The translations under genes and the position numbers were made by a program. The notes beneath the pieces were generated by a model. That model was not told the origin of the DNA and searched no databases. It saw nothing but the letters and a program-made list of their open reading frames with translations. Below are positions 13,686 through 26,430 of a DNA stretch of 64,000 bases, in pieces; position 1 is the stretch's first letter, and the number at the start of each line of letters is the position of its first letter. This DNA comes from Pseudovirgaria hyperparasitica (taxonomy: Eukaryota), in assembly GCA_010093815.1 (NCBI GenBank), contig ML996573.1; one strand, 5' to 3'.

Positions 13686-16381
13686 ATGTCTCGTTACTTG
13701 ACGCCACCCAAGATAGGCCTCCTGGCTCTGGTGCGTCTGTACTGCGAGGGCGCAATTTCAAGCTCTGGAGCGATCTCCATTCTATCATTCATTGTGTCTC
13801 ATCTACTACCTCCACTTGCAGAAGGTTCAGATGATGAACATTCAACGAGAAGCTTCACTTTACCTGTCAGCGAGTTCGACAAGGCTACTAGCACCCTTTC
13901 ATCCATACATCCTGGTCAATCAGTCTTCGATCTGCTGATCCATAGATTATGGTCCATCGACTCGTTCCACGCTCTTCATGAATTCTTCTCAGGCCTAACT
14001 GACCTGCTTAATCATAGCAAAGAACGAGACAATGAATCGAGCTTTTCCTCGCCACCAAGTGCAACAGTCCTTTCTCGCACATCGCCATTGGGTGCATTTG
14101 TCCGGAGAGCTCAGCTGGAGTTCACAAGGCTTCAGTTTAACGATGCTCAAAAGCTCTGGATAGCTTTTTTGAAGTACAAGAGCCCTACTGCTGCCGCATG
14201 GAAGAGGCGGAGTTCAGCCGCGTCTCGCATAACCTTCGACGTTAACATTGATGAGCTTGGTATCGGCTCCGATAGTGACCTTTTCCAGGTGGCGTATGGA
14301 ACCTTACACCAGCCTATCCATAGTGAGGAGCTTAGTAGTACGGATGACATCGAACGTTTACTCGCGTTCCAAGCGGACAAACTTCAACGTAAGTGTAGAA
14401 GATCACAATACTTCTATGTCACTCACAGTCATGCAGGGCTCGGTATACGGATGCCACATGATATGAAAGAGAACCTGCGTGGTATGGTCGGTCCTGCAAG
14501 CACAGTGCCGAGTTTGTCCCATTTTGTCAGGTAAAGACTTCAAAATTGAGTGAAGTGTGACGTACGCTCAATTCCAGAACAGTTTCTTTGACGCCTGGAG
14601 AGCTGGAAACTATACATCAGCATTTGACAATCTTCATCGCTACTTTGATTATACGATGCAAGCAAGGGAGAAGACATTTTACCAATACGCCCTGTTGCAC
14701 ATGGCAATCCTACAGACAGACTTCGGATGCCTGAGCGAAGCCATATCCGCCATCAATGAAACAATTGCAACGGCTCGAGAGAACCAAGATATGAGCTGTC
14801 TCAACTTCTCCTTGGGTTGGCTCAACCATTTGAACCAAGCATTTCCCCATCAGATGCGAGGCATCAGGGATCAGGGTTTGAATGGCTCTGAGAGGGATGC
14901 TCTCAATTTTCTGAAGTTGAAAGCCAAAGAGAGCAAGATGTTCTCTTTGTTAAGTTCAGCACTCCTCAGTGAGGCTAGACTCGACTTGTCATACGTAAGC
15001 CGCTGGTGTAGGATCGTGATCGAAGACGATACTTATCAAATATAGGGCGAAAGAAGTATTACCAAGGCTTTCCAACATATATATCAAGCCTCGCACATCA
15101 ACATTAGAGAGAATTTATCTGGAGGATTTGGCTCTCAGCTACTCATGCATTCCGCGGTCTTTGGGCGACTCGGTAGGTTCATCCTCGTTGGTGCATAAAA
15201 TTGTGCTGATCACAATACAGGCGTGGAACATCTAGCGAGTGCCTATTGCGACATCATCCTCAAATGCTACCGACCCAATGTTCCAACAGAAGAGATGCTG
15301 CGTGCCATTTGCCGCATGTCGTTTACTGTAAGCATGCGAGCCTCAAACAATGTCGGAAGCTTATACGTGACAGGCAGCCCGCTCCGGACGATACGAACAT
15401 GCAATTCAAATGCTCGAGAGTGTCAGGCCAGGTGTACACCGGACTTTGAAGTTCAGTCAGACCATCACGGGCTATCTCGGCCTTGTGAAGCTATTGCAGG
15501 CTATGAGGAGGTGAATCTCAATAGTATACACGCAGTAATGCTGCTAACACTACGCAGATCCAACCGTACGGCTGCCGAGCATATACTTCAACAACTAGCT
15601 ACTGGATTCTCATTCAATCCGGATCTTCGCACACTGATACTTCAGCTTTCGATCATGTTCCACATCCGATTGGGATCACTCTCGAAAGCTTTCGACCTTA
15701 TCGAGGAACTTGCGAATGAGTTGAAAGAGGAGACTGCTGATATCTCTCAGCGACTTTACCTACTCGTTATGAAGGCACGTCTATACGCCAAGGCTGGAGA
15801 GCCGCAGAAAGGCTTCAGCGTGGCATTGAGGGCTGCCAGCACTGCCCACCGCTTCCAAGCCTTCCCCATCTTCTGGGAAGCTATCGGATTCATCGCAAAC
15901 ATTCTCAGCCACTTGAATGAGTTTGATGCTGCTCGTCGTATGCTGGATGCAGTCATCCCACAAGTAAGTCGTAGCTCTGTTTGAGCGAGCAAAATGCGTG
16001 TACTTATATGAAGTAGTGTCTCGAGAATGGAGACACTGAGCTGTGTGCCTTGCTCTATTCTTTCCAAGCGGACGCCTACATGGGTTTGGCCGGGCGAGCC
16101 GAAGAGGCTGGACGGCGAAGGACCGCTTGTGTGAGTAAGGCTGAGGTCTATATCGACAGGGCGAGACAACGTATGGCTTTTATACCTCTTCAAGGAGTAC
16201 CACCTGACTTGTCATAGACTATAAGCGTATTGAAGACTGGCGCGGTGAATGCGAAATGCTCAAGAAGAGGGCGATCATCGCAAGGGTTCGGGGGGACGAC
16301 AATTTGGCGAATGATTGGGCTGCTCAGTGCCTTTCGGTACACAACGCAGCTCAAGAAAAGATGGAAAATATCGTCGACTAG
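13686..16381 (+). CDS. APC5: Anaphase-promoting complex subunit 5, multi-exon
   Basis: MSRYLTPPKIGLLALVRLY, LSRTSPLGAFVRRAQLEFTRLQF, AFDNLHRYFDYTM...FYQYALLHMAILQTDFG, PQKGFSVALRAA. Last exon ends at TAG 16379-16381. Internal exon boundaries are approximate. Confidence 0.92.
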
Positions 16382-16649
16382 GTCTCTGAATCAGTACCTT
16401 TGGAGGGTCACTAGGCTGGACCATTACAGGCGTCAAGTCAGAGCCATTTATATCATGCGCGACGAGGCACCTGCAAGTTACCATCGACTTATGTGTATCC
16501 GTGTAGGGTTATGATGATAAACAGTTTGCATTCGTCACTCTCCGCAATTGACGGTTAAACAAAAGGAATCTACTATCTGACATCGTCCTTTCTGTACAGT
16601 GTGCAATTCGCTCTCTTCTGATAATCCTTGTGATTGTTGGACAAATGAT

Positions 16650-17182
16650 TTATTCGTCCTTTTTGTGGTAGTTGACCTTGTCGTTCCAGAAAAGTGTCTG
16701 CGAGAAAAAGCGTCAGCGGCGGAAAAGATTGCATGGCAGCGTGGCCGTGTCTTTGCTCACCTTGTCACCATTACCCCAGAAGAAGTTTTTAGTCCGAATG
16801 TTTTGGTATGCGTATTCAGTCCTCTCCTCTAGAGGGGGCAGGGTGTCCCAATGCGCCCAATGGGCCTTCCATCGGACCCAGGCGTTGGCAACTCCGAGCG
16901 CGATGAGAGGAAGAGCAACGTAGATAGAAAGCTTTCGCCAGAGTTCTGCGTGCAAATGTTAGCCATAGTCCTTCCAGTAACCGATTCTCAAGATTCCGGG
17001 GAGTTGATTGCCATACCGGTGGTTTGGGCAGCATGCTGCTTGACAGCCCAGCGCTCGCGATTGAATGCATTGTCGGCTGCGCCTTGAAACGGGCTGGGTC
17101 CAGAGGAGTAGGGACGATGAGCAGCGAAGCGTTGAGCGCGAAGCAGCTGTGCCGAGCGAGTGGTGAAACGTTGAGACATCAT
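16650..17182 (-). CDS. COX13: Cytochrome c oxidase subunit VIa, 3 exons
   Basis: Presequence, then NAFNRERWAVKQHAA, LWRKLSIYV, EYAYQNIRTKNFFWGNGDK|TLFWNDKVNYHKKDE*. Start may be 17182 or 17179. Confidence 0.95.
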
Positions 17183-17494
17183 CTTCGGGCGTCGGTGGAG
17201 TGGAGAGTTGCAACGGAAATGGGAGCACGTCGAAGTTGGATTGACGTCGAAGTACCTAGGTAGGTGAGGTTCCTCTAGTGCTTGGCGTGCGCTTTGCCGA
17301 ATTAGACTGTCACGTGTTGCTGCTTTTAGCGCGTTCCTACTGTGACGTCTGCCTTTGAGGCGTAAGTGTGCCTTCACCCAACAACATACCGGACGACGCG
17401 CCGGAAGGAGGCCCTACGGATATGAGCTTCTAAGCTCAAGTTGTACGTCTCTAAATATCCGCCGCTGCGCTATATATCGACTTGATGGATCGCA

Positions 17495-19497
17495 ATGCCT
17501 TTGCGCATTACCACATGGAACGTGAACGGAATTCGTAATCCATTCGGGTACCAACCATGGAAGGAAGCCAAATCCCTCGGTGGTATGTTCGATATCCTGG
17601 AAGCTGACATTGTGATCATGCAAGAACTCAAAATACAGCGGAAAGATCTTCAGGATCACCATGTGCTAGTTGATGGATGGGATGCGTACTTCAGCCTTCC
17701 AAAGGACAAGAAAGGTGCGCAGCAGAATATCATGGTGGTCATCATACTGGAGGTTGACTGACTTGATCTAGGATACTCTGGTGTTGGAATTTACACTAGA
17801 AAATGCAAATGCAACCCAATTCGCGCCGAGGAAGGTCTTCTTGGCGTTCTCTGTCCGCCAAACTCTGATGAACCTTACTGTGAGATGAATCCCGAAGATT
17901 GTATCGGCGGCTATCCAACGCAGGCTCAGCTAGAAGATCTGGGCGTTGATGTGGACGCGAAGTACCTTGACTCTGAAGGCCGATGCGTGGTTGTGGAGTT
18001 TCCGGCTTTCGTGCTTTTTGGAATTTATAGCCCAGCCAACAGCAATGGCCAACGTGACGATTTTCGCTATGGGTTCATGTGTGCAATGGATCTGAGAATC
18101 AGGAACCTTGTGAAGATGGGCAAGCGTGTGGTCGTTACAGGCGATCTGAACGTCTCACGGGAGCCAAAGGATACAGCGGCGTGCATGGAAGACATAACAA
18201 AGGGAGGCATAAGTCTCGACGAGTACATATCCTCGCCAAATCGGCGCGTTTTCAATCAGTTGTTGGAAGGGGGGCCAGTGTTACAGCCTCGAGATCCTGG
18301 GCGTGATTCGCCTGTTCTATGGGACATTTGCAGAGGCTTTCATCCAGAACGCGAGGGAATGTACACACATTGGGAAGTTAAAGTCAATGCGAGGCCTGGA
18401 AACTTCGGAAGCCGAATCGATTATGTTCTTTGCAGTCTAGACATGAAGGACTGGTTCGAGGCGTCCGATATACAGGCTGGGCTCCATGTAGGCATCCCCT
18501 CGTACTGGCTCAACTCTCACTAACACTTCAGGGCTCCGATCACTGTCCTGTGTATGCAGTTATCAAGGATAACATCGACTTGAACGGAAAGCCTACTGAA
18601 ACACTAGATGTCATGAGCCTTGAAGGGGTTTTCAGAAACAGTATCAGACAACGAGAACTGAACACGAAAGAAATGCCAGAGTTCTGCGCACGTCGTATGC
18701 CTGAATTCTACAATCGTCGCAATATAAAGGACATGTTCACCAAAAGACCGTCCTTAAGCACCCAGAAGTCAGCAGTACTGACAATCGATGACACTGTTGC
18801 TCAGTCTTCCCGCGAAAGCGCCGTTGACTGTACAGCGCAAACATCAAATGGCAAAGGGGCCGGTAAAGCCATCCACGGCATCAAGCGCGCTCGACCGGAA
18901 TCCACACAGAGCAAGACCATCAAGCGTATAAAGTCCACAAGCCTACCGAAAGGTCCAGCGCGCCCTAGCGGCCAAATGTCTATGCGGAACTTCTTCCAAA
19001 ATGGCCCTCTATCTCCATCCAAGCCCAGTCCCTCTAGAACACCAGCATCAGACACCACAACTCCGCCCACTTCCACACAAGCTTCGAATGATACAGAGAT
19101 AATTGGACCCGTCGCTTCCTTTTCTCCTTCAACCCCCTCTACAAAATCCATACATCGCACTTGCCGCACACCCTCCCCGACGCAAGCAAGATCGAGGACT
19201 CCCACATCAACAGCAAAGACTCCACAGTCATCGTATGAACCTCCTTTAGAATCTGGAAGCCCTCACGACGCAAAACTGTCATGGGTCAAGCTATTTAGCA
19301 AGAAACCTCCACCCAGATGTGAGGGACATGAGGAGCCCTGCATAAGCCTCAAGACGGGCAAGAAAGGTGCAAATCAAGGTCGAGAGTTCTGGATATGCGC
19401 AAGACCACTAGGACCTAAGGGTGAGAAGGAAAGAGGTAGCGATTGGCGTTGTCGCACATTCATATGGTCCAGTGACTGGAACAGCGCAAGGGCGTGA
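17495..19497 (+). CDS. APN2: AP endonuclease 2 / DNA lyase, ~633 aa
   Basis: LRITTWNVNGIRN, QELK, GYSGV, GDLN, SRIDY, GSDHCP; PIP-box-like QMSMRNFF; C-terminal GRF zinc finger. Introns 17715..17771 and 18488..18531. Canonical MAT flank. Confidence 0.96.
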
Positions 19498-19845
19498 AGA
19501 ACATCGAACAAAGATATTCGACACGCCTGTTCCTCTGGCCGTCCTCAAAAGTACCTTCTTAGTAAGCTTCGTTGTTCTTCAAGAGTCATTTCTTGGTATA
19601 TCAACACATCGTATAGCCGTGAGAACGAAGGGTGTGGGCACGCGTGGGCTTGACGAGACAAGCCACTCTCATATTATGCGGTACATGCCATAGCGAATCA
19701 TTGGATAGTAGAATCTTGCATATATATGCAGCAAGGAATATGTTTTATTGCTGGACGAGGGTAGGTCAGCATCTTACGACCAGTCACGAAGCGAATTTCT
19801 AATTATATTTCCCTCGACGTTCAAATACCTCAAAGTTTCCTATCA

Positions 19846-20095
19846 CCTGTAGTTTCAATTCTCCTTGTAGCCACAATTCTCCTCGTAGTCACAATTCTCC
19901 TCGTAGTCCGAATTTTCCTTGTAGTCGCAATTCTCCTCATGGGCCCAACTTTCCTTGTGGTCCCAACTCTCCTTGTGGTCATGCTCTTATTACGGTCTCA
20001 GCTCTCTTTGTAGTCTCAACTCTCCTTGTAGTCTCAACTCTCCATGTAGTCTCAACTCTCCTTGTAGTCTCAACTCTCCTTGTAGTCTCAACTCC
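19846..20095 (+). repeat. 18-bp minisatellite, about 13 units, consensus CAAYTCTCCTTGTAGTCN
   Basis: Read directly: 7 diverged units from 19856, one degenerate 17-nt unit, then 5 near-identical CAACTCTCCTTGTAGTCT units. Confidence 0.95.
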
Positions 20096-21965
20096 GGTGT
20101 ATGAACAAAGTCGTTTGAGTTTGTGTACTGTGACTCTTCTCGTAACTCTACGCAAGGTATCTATTTGATTATGTCATGTTTGACAAGACAGCTGAATGAT
20201 TCCTTTAAAGTCTAGTCCATTGACTTATCGACTGACTGATGCACGCCATCATGTAGTACCCGCGGCCCATCGACTGAAGCTTCCACACCACCATGCCAAG
20301 ACTCACGATAACCCCTTAATATCCTTACATCCCTGAAGAAAGCATATACGAGTAGGTTTGCGATGCGCCTTAGAGATGGGAATAAGTGTAGCGCAAAAAG
20401 CGTCAAGGGTGAACCTGAGGTTTTGCAAATGTTTGATAGCGACGTTTGGTTCGCACGCCAAATGCACCGCGCACACTATGGCAGAATCTGACAAAATCTG
20501 CTACTACTGTTTGGCCACATGTTGATGCCGTCAGTGTGTCTGGTACATCAGAGCGTCATCCCCAGGTTCGCTGCCTCACCTTGCTGCCGCACCGCCACTC
20601 TGTCCCTGGCCGCCACGTCCACAAGCTCAGGCCCTCAGGCCATCACAAGACCGTCATAGCTACGAGCCTCACTCTTTGGGCTCACCGATGCCATTACGTA
20701 TTCCCAGCCTCACGAATTAAGCACTGTCGCACCGATCTGCCGATCTTCAGGACGCTGCTGCCTGTCCCGTCCAGCCCCCCTTATGTCGGGTGTCACAAGG
20801 TGGAGCTCGAGCAGTCCCCGAACGTAGGAGTCATCTGGGTGGCTGGGAGACGGGAGATTGCGTTTCAGGCCATTTTGAAGCAATCGCCGAAGCCGGCATT
20901 GGTGCTAGCGCCGTGCAAAAATTTTCTGAAAGGCTGCCGCCCCCCCTCGTAGTGAGCGCGAGAAAAATCTGGGCAGCGAGGGCTCCCACTTTTTGGAGGG
21001 ATGTGGGCGCCTTACTGCCTTGGCCTGCGAAGGCGAAGCTGAAGGTCTCCCAGCTATGAAGACAATCACATTGGCCAAGATGCTCGCGATGCTCGTGATG
21101 GCATTGCGAGCACATATCGTAATAGCACTCGGTCAAGATCCAGTCGTCACATAGCAAGCAAAAGACGAGCACCACAAGCAAAGCATCATGAGACCAGTGT
21201 TTTGTATTTGATGTTGATTTCATTGTTTTACTATGGCACTGAGCCAGATTTTCTACGGAATTGCTATCTAAACGCTCCATCCATCCATCCATTGCCAACT
21301 TTTCTCTACAGGAAGACCGAGTCCAAAGCCTCTGGCAAAGCTCATGCAAGCGTGACCAAGCAACACAGCCAGCCAGTCCAGCCAAGAAGAAGGAAGACCA
21401 TGATGAGGGAGTTGACCAAACAATAAAGCAAACGCATGCATACCATTCCTTTCAATGTCTCGCCGTCGCTATGCCAAAGACTGCCGTCCGCTCCTATGCA
21501 TCCGTGAAGAAGAAAGAAACTAAACCTGCCCACCAAGTCTTTTGCAATGAATGATGCTCTTTTCGCCGCTAGAGTCATTGCTAAACATGCTTCGAGTGAC
21601 AGGACAAATTGTAAAATGTGATGGGATATGAGTATGGGAAAACAAGTGTAAGCGACTGCCGAAAAGGTCGAGTCGAGGGTGCAGTGGTGATGTGAAAACA
21701 ATGGAACATTCGAAGTAATGAGCCGATAGTCCGAAATGGGGTGTGATCTTGTACCTGCACCACACGCTTGAGAAGAAAGTCATAGTCGTGAATCTTCGTG
21801 TCCGCAAAACTTTGTCTCAGTGCCAGCACGCTAGGCTACGTCACCCATTTACCTTTAGGCACGGCCACGTGCCGGACTTGAATAGGCTGATCACAACCGT
21901 TCCATGAACTTATCGTATAGCACATCGTCCAACCGCAACACAGAGTGGAAGTCAAACATCACGTT

Positions 21966-23429
21966 ATGGCACTCAACAGACTGACTGGAGGCATTGAAGG
22001 TAGAATCATAATGATGCACGTTCCATGTTTCTGCTAACCTTTCCTAGGCCAGAGGCATTACTCTTTCAACATGTTGAGCAAGTTGAAACAAGACTTTGCC
22101 AATCTTCCCTATCAGACTTTCCGAGATTATTATGAGAACCTTGAGGATTATGCGAAGCTCGCAGCAAAGGTCAATCGAAGGGTGAAACGGCTTATGATAC
22201 AGTGTGAAAGTCTCTACCAGAAGCCTCAAATCTTCCCACCAACCGAATCACGCGATACGTTCTTTGAGAATCTGGCACCCTTCCTTGAAAAAGCTGGTGT
22301 GATCCTTGAGGTGATAGAAAAGCTGGCACCGCTTGCGCAAGAACATCGAGAGCTGATAAAGCGAGGTCACACTGCTTACATGAGACGGACTCGACCAACA
22401 TTCGTTTGGGGTATCAAGCCCTGGAGTCAATTCCTACGACCTGGTGCACCTGGCGCATCTTTCGCTTTCGCATCCAATCTTCCCCAACAGCAATTCAGCT
22501 TGCAGGTTCTGCCGCGCGGGGGCATTTGTATCTGGTCGACATGGCTCGCTGATGCGGAATCGGAGCTGGAGAAGGAGGAGCTCAATCGTACGGGCTATCT
22601 GTCAGATCACGAGGACTTGTGGCCTGATGAATATTACTGTACGCAAGGATATGACGGACTCTACCGCAAACTTTCAAGGGAGGCCGATCAAGAGGAGTCT
22701 CGTATAAAGCACGTTGGGTACGACGACGAAGAGCCTTACTACTTCGGCCCCAGATCTCTCGAGCAGTACAACCAAATGCTCTCAATTGCAGATGGCGAGC
22801 ACCATCATGAATTCGAAACCGCAGACCTGGACCAATTCGAATACTACGAGATCACCACTTATATTCCTTCGAAGGGAACTCACAAGGTCCGAGAACCAAG
22901 AAGGATATTCCCTAAGCTGCTCTATACCAAGTTCGAACTAACAGAAATCTCTTATCCTGAGCTGAACCGAATCGTAGGACGCAAAGCAAGTCATGAGGAG
23001 GTTTACGGCTCAGTTCTAAGACGTCAAGAATTCACGACTCGCGCCCCTGAACCTGAACTTGAACTTGTTGATAATAACAAGCGCCAAACCCGGAATAGGT
23101 TTCCGAAAAGAGCTAGAATTTTGAGTAGAAGTTACGCAAAGCAGGCATTGGCATTCTATCATCGTTATATCAAGGATGCACCAAACTACAACCAGCGGGG
23201 TGGGGCTATTCCTTTTGGTAGGATTTTGAGTCGTCGTGTTAGCTTGAAGGTTTCAAAAGTCGAGCGAATTATGGAGTTGAAAGCCTTTGATGATGTTTGG
23301 TGGACTTTGCTTCACCATATGGAATTCTTAGAGGGGGTCAACAGGAATGACTTAGATAAAATATTGGGCGATATCGGCGACCATGTTTTGGCTGAGCTCG
23401 ATCTGGGAGGCCTAGAAGCGTTGTTGTGA
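21966..23429 (+). CDS. Uncharacterised ~471-aa protein, candidate accessory MAT1-1 idiomorph gene
   Basis: Exon 1 21966-21999 (MALNRLTGGIE). The 48-nt intron 22000..22047 (GTAGAA...GCTAAC...TAG) splices in frame to the 452-aa ORF 22071-23429. Lies between APN2 and MAT1-1-1; no domain recognised. Confidence 0.8.
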
Positions 23430-23741
23430 GGATTAATCGGGTTAGCGTGTTCGGGATAGGAAGTGAACAAGACAATGCAATCGCCGAATCTACCAACATT
23501 TTACACACAGAAAATGCAACAAGTGAATCTGCTCAAGAACGAATTCAAATGACGCTAGCAACCAGCCTCTTCTAATTTCTCTGTTGATATAAATCGAGCT
23601 CGCGAGGTGCAAAATTTTCTCCTCTGCAAAAACCTCAACATACAACTTCTCCAACATTTCCTCACCTCTACTTCTTCTACCTTGCTAAACCTCACTTTCC
23701 ACCAACCTTTCGACAATTGCCTTTGTCAATCAATCGTCGCA

Positions 23742-24858
23742 ATGTCTTCTTCTGATTTTGATCATGTTGACTGGGCTGCTGATTTCCTCACGCACCAGAT
23801 GCAGGGCTGGAAACCTGCCCAATTCGCCCGTTTCTTCGACAAGGTTTCCATCGTTCAGTTCCAGCTCCCGCAGGACTTCAGTTTCGGCAATGACAACGAT
23901 ACTTACTCTGTCAATGACTTCAACTTGACTGCTCTTGAGCTCCAGGGCTATTCACCAGGCTTTTCTGGAAACTACAGCGTCGTCAGCTCGCCCTCGGTTG
24001 TCAACAGTCCTGAAACTGACACTGATGATGCTGATGGCTCCACTACTCTTCAGGTCATTCCAAAGGCTGAGCGAGTTATCAAGCCTGAGCAGAAAGATCG
24101 CCGCAACAAGAAGCTTACCATGAGAAAAGCAGCTGATCTCACTGTCAAGCGCCCCAAGGGTGTCAACGCTTTCATGTGTTTCAGAGGTTTGTGCATTGAT
24201 TCTCATTTTCAAATGTTCACCTCAGCTAACTTATCCAGCTCACCATTGCACTGCTTTCTTCAGCTTGGGAGAACAGAAGCTCCGTTCTGCCTTTATCGGT
24301 CAGCTCTGGGCAGGAGATGTTTGCCGTCGCGAGTGGATCATCTTGGCCATTGCCTATTCCACCATTCGTGATGCCGTTGGCAAAGACAATGCCCCAATCA
24401 AAGTCTTCCTTGAACTCGTCTGTCCTTGGGTCGGAATTCCAGCTCCAGAGAACTATCTCTCAGCTTATGGCTACTCTCTCACTGAAGCCTCTGAGCTCGT
24501 GCAGCCTGCGCACTTCCCCAACCGCGAAGAGTTTAACATCCGCTCCGGCTTCACCGAGAAGGATGTCATTGAGTACTGTCAGTCCAACGGTTATCCTCAT
24601 GAGCTTCCAGTTGAGGAGACCGCCTCGTCTACCATGGTCATGACAGTTGCCTCCGCGCCCCAGGAGATGGAAGTCACCAACATGATGCCCCAGCCGGTTG
24701 TCAACAACGTCGACTTCAACATGGAGTCTCTGTTCGATCACCAGGACTACGGTAATCTCTACACCCTCGATGGTACCTCCTTCGACCAGAACTTCACTGC
24801 CATTCCTCAGGATGTTGGTATCAGCTTTGCTCCCGAGACCTTCTGGGATCTGAACTAA
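23742..24858 (+). CDS. MAT1-1-1: Mating-type alpha-box transcription factor, ~354 aa
   Basis: Intron 24187..24238 at the usual alpha-box position. Spliced box KRPKGVNAFMCFRAHHCTAFFSLGEQKLRSAFIGQLWAGDVCRREWIILAIAYSTIRD, followed by KDNAPIKVFLELVCPWVGIPAPENYL. APN2/COX13/APC5 context. Confidence 0.93.
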
Positions 24859-25229
24859 ACTGAGTCAACCTGCACAAGATCTCAGACTTGGGTCTTGTCT
24901 TCCGCATACTGACCAAAGCTTGCATCTTCGGCGCGTTGGGGCTTACACACTCTATGGGTTCACTCTGGTTTGTCTTCATGTCTTCACGTTGAGTTTGGCA
25001 TAGCGGCGGCTCTTTTTGCTCAGATCTTGCTTTGAACTTCAAGGCATTATCACTCTACAAGTCCTGAAGCACTAACTGGCTTATTTGTAATGCTACTGGG
25101 TCACTATACTCAAGCACAAGCAACTTGCGTACATAGCTAGCGGCGTGATCATTAGGATCTCGTTTTTAACGCTTCATAACAATGAAATCGAATGCTATGA
25201 ATCCTGTCCAAGATATCCGTGAAGCTCTC

Positions 25230-26430
25230 TCACACCTCAACCCTCACCTTCACCCTCATACTCCAACAGTAGTGTGAAGCCAAGGGTAGCCAGGGTTCAG
25301 GGCAGGCACAAATGACAGGGCGAGCGACAGTCGGCAACAAGCAGTGAGGATGACCGCACGGGCCACGAGCAAGCAAGGAGCCGAGGGCGGCTAGCACGGA
25401 CCCCAGCAGAGATTGCGCCAACAGAACGCTTTTGGGCGGCAAAGATGCACAGACGCCAGACAAGGCTTCCGTCTTGCCCCCCCCTCTCTCCAGTCCAAAC
25501 GACCAATCAGGGATGACAGTTCAGATTTCCTAGAAAAAGTGAGGGCGGCGCGGATTGGATGGCGGAGATGAGAGATGTGGGTACGTACTTGATAGCTTGG
25601 TACGTTGAGATACATGATAGATTTGGTGGCGGACGCGACACACACACACACTGACACAGACACCCACACACATATATGAGATGATGAGGGATAGAATGAG
25701 GGATGGGATGCGATGGGACGTGTCAGGAGTTTGCGAGAAGTGAGTATTTGGAATAGCAGCTGTTCCAAGGCTGATGATGCTGGCAGGACGGAGTGTTGCG
25801 AGTCGAGCGAGGGAGCAGCAGCACAAAAAGAGAATACCATGTAGATATAACCATATACATACACATACATTCACACTCCACGCACAAAACAAGACATTGA
25901 TCCACGAAGAAATGCACGCGACGACGAGAAGGGCGGGATTGGCACATCGCTGCACAGCCATCTATCACTGCAAACACCCAGCTACATGCATGCATGCATG
26001 GACGGCCGACGACGCATAAAAGAAGGCAAAGAAAGTAGTAATTATGGCGAAAAAAGCAGATTGCACATTCCAGAAACTCTAAAAAGAAGCGTAATCTGAC
26101 CGCCCGCCCTCGTGCCGTAGCCCAGACCGATCTTTCGTGCGTAACGGCGGCGATCTGAATGAAGACTAACACCGATATCCTGACATGTAATTCCCAAGGT
26201 TGATGTCGACAGAATCGATGTGATGCGGGCGGCAAGATGGAGCCGCGTCCTCCCCGCTTGTAACAGTGGTTGTGTTCTAGGTAGTTCCATGGATGTCGGA
26301 GTGGGAGTGATGGGACCCCCCTCCCCCCCCCTCTCTCTCTCCCCTCTCTGCTACCCTCTCCCTCTCCCAACAACTCTCTATATCTCTATATGTCTCTATA
26401 TACTTCTATCTGCGTGTCGGTGTGTGGGTG
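25230..26430. repeat. Low-complexity / microsatellite-rich intergenic DNA (CA, CT and poly-C tracts)
   Basis: (CA)n near 25638-25672; C/CT tract 26315-26400. Confidence 0.7.

Noticed and set aside
19846..20095. 18-bp array as a CRISPR array or alpha-pheromone precursor
   Set aside because: There are no spacers and the host is eukaryotic. No frame gives a signal peptide with KR plus EA/DA-flanked repeats, and no CAAX end was seen.
23607..23741. N-terminal extension of MAT1-1-1 suggested by the ORF track
   Set aside because: It begins at GTG in pyrimidine-rich 5'-UTR-like sequence. The first ATG in good context is 23742.
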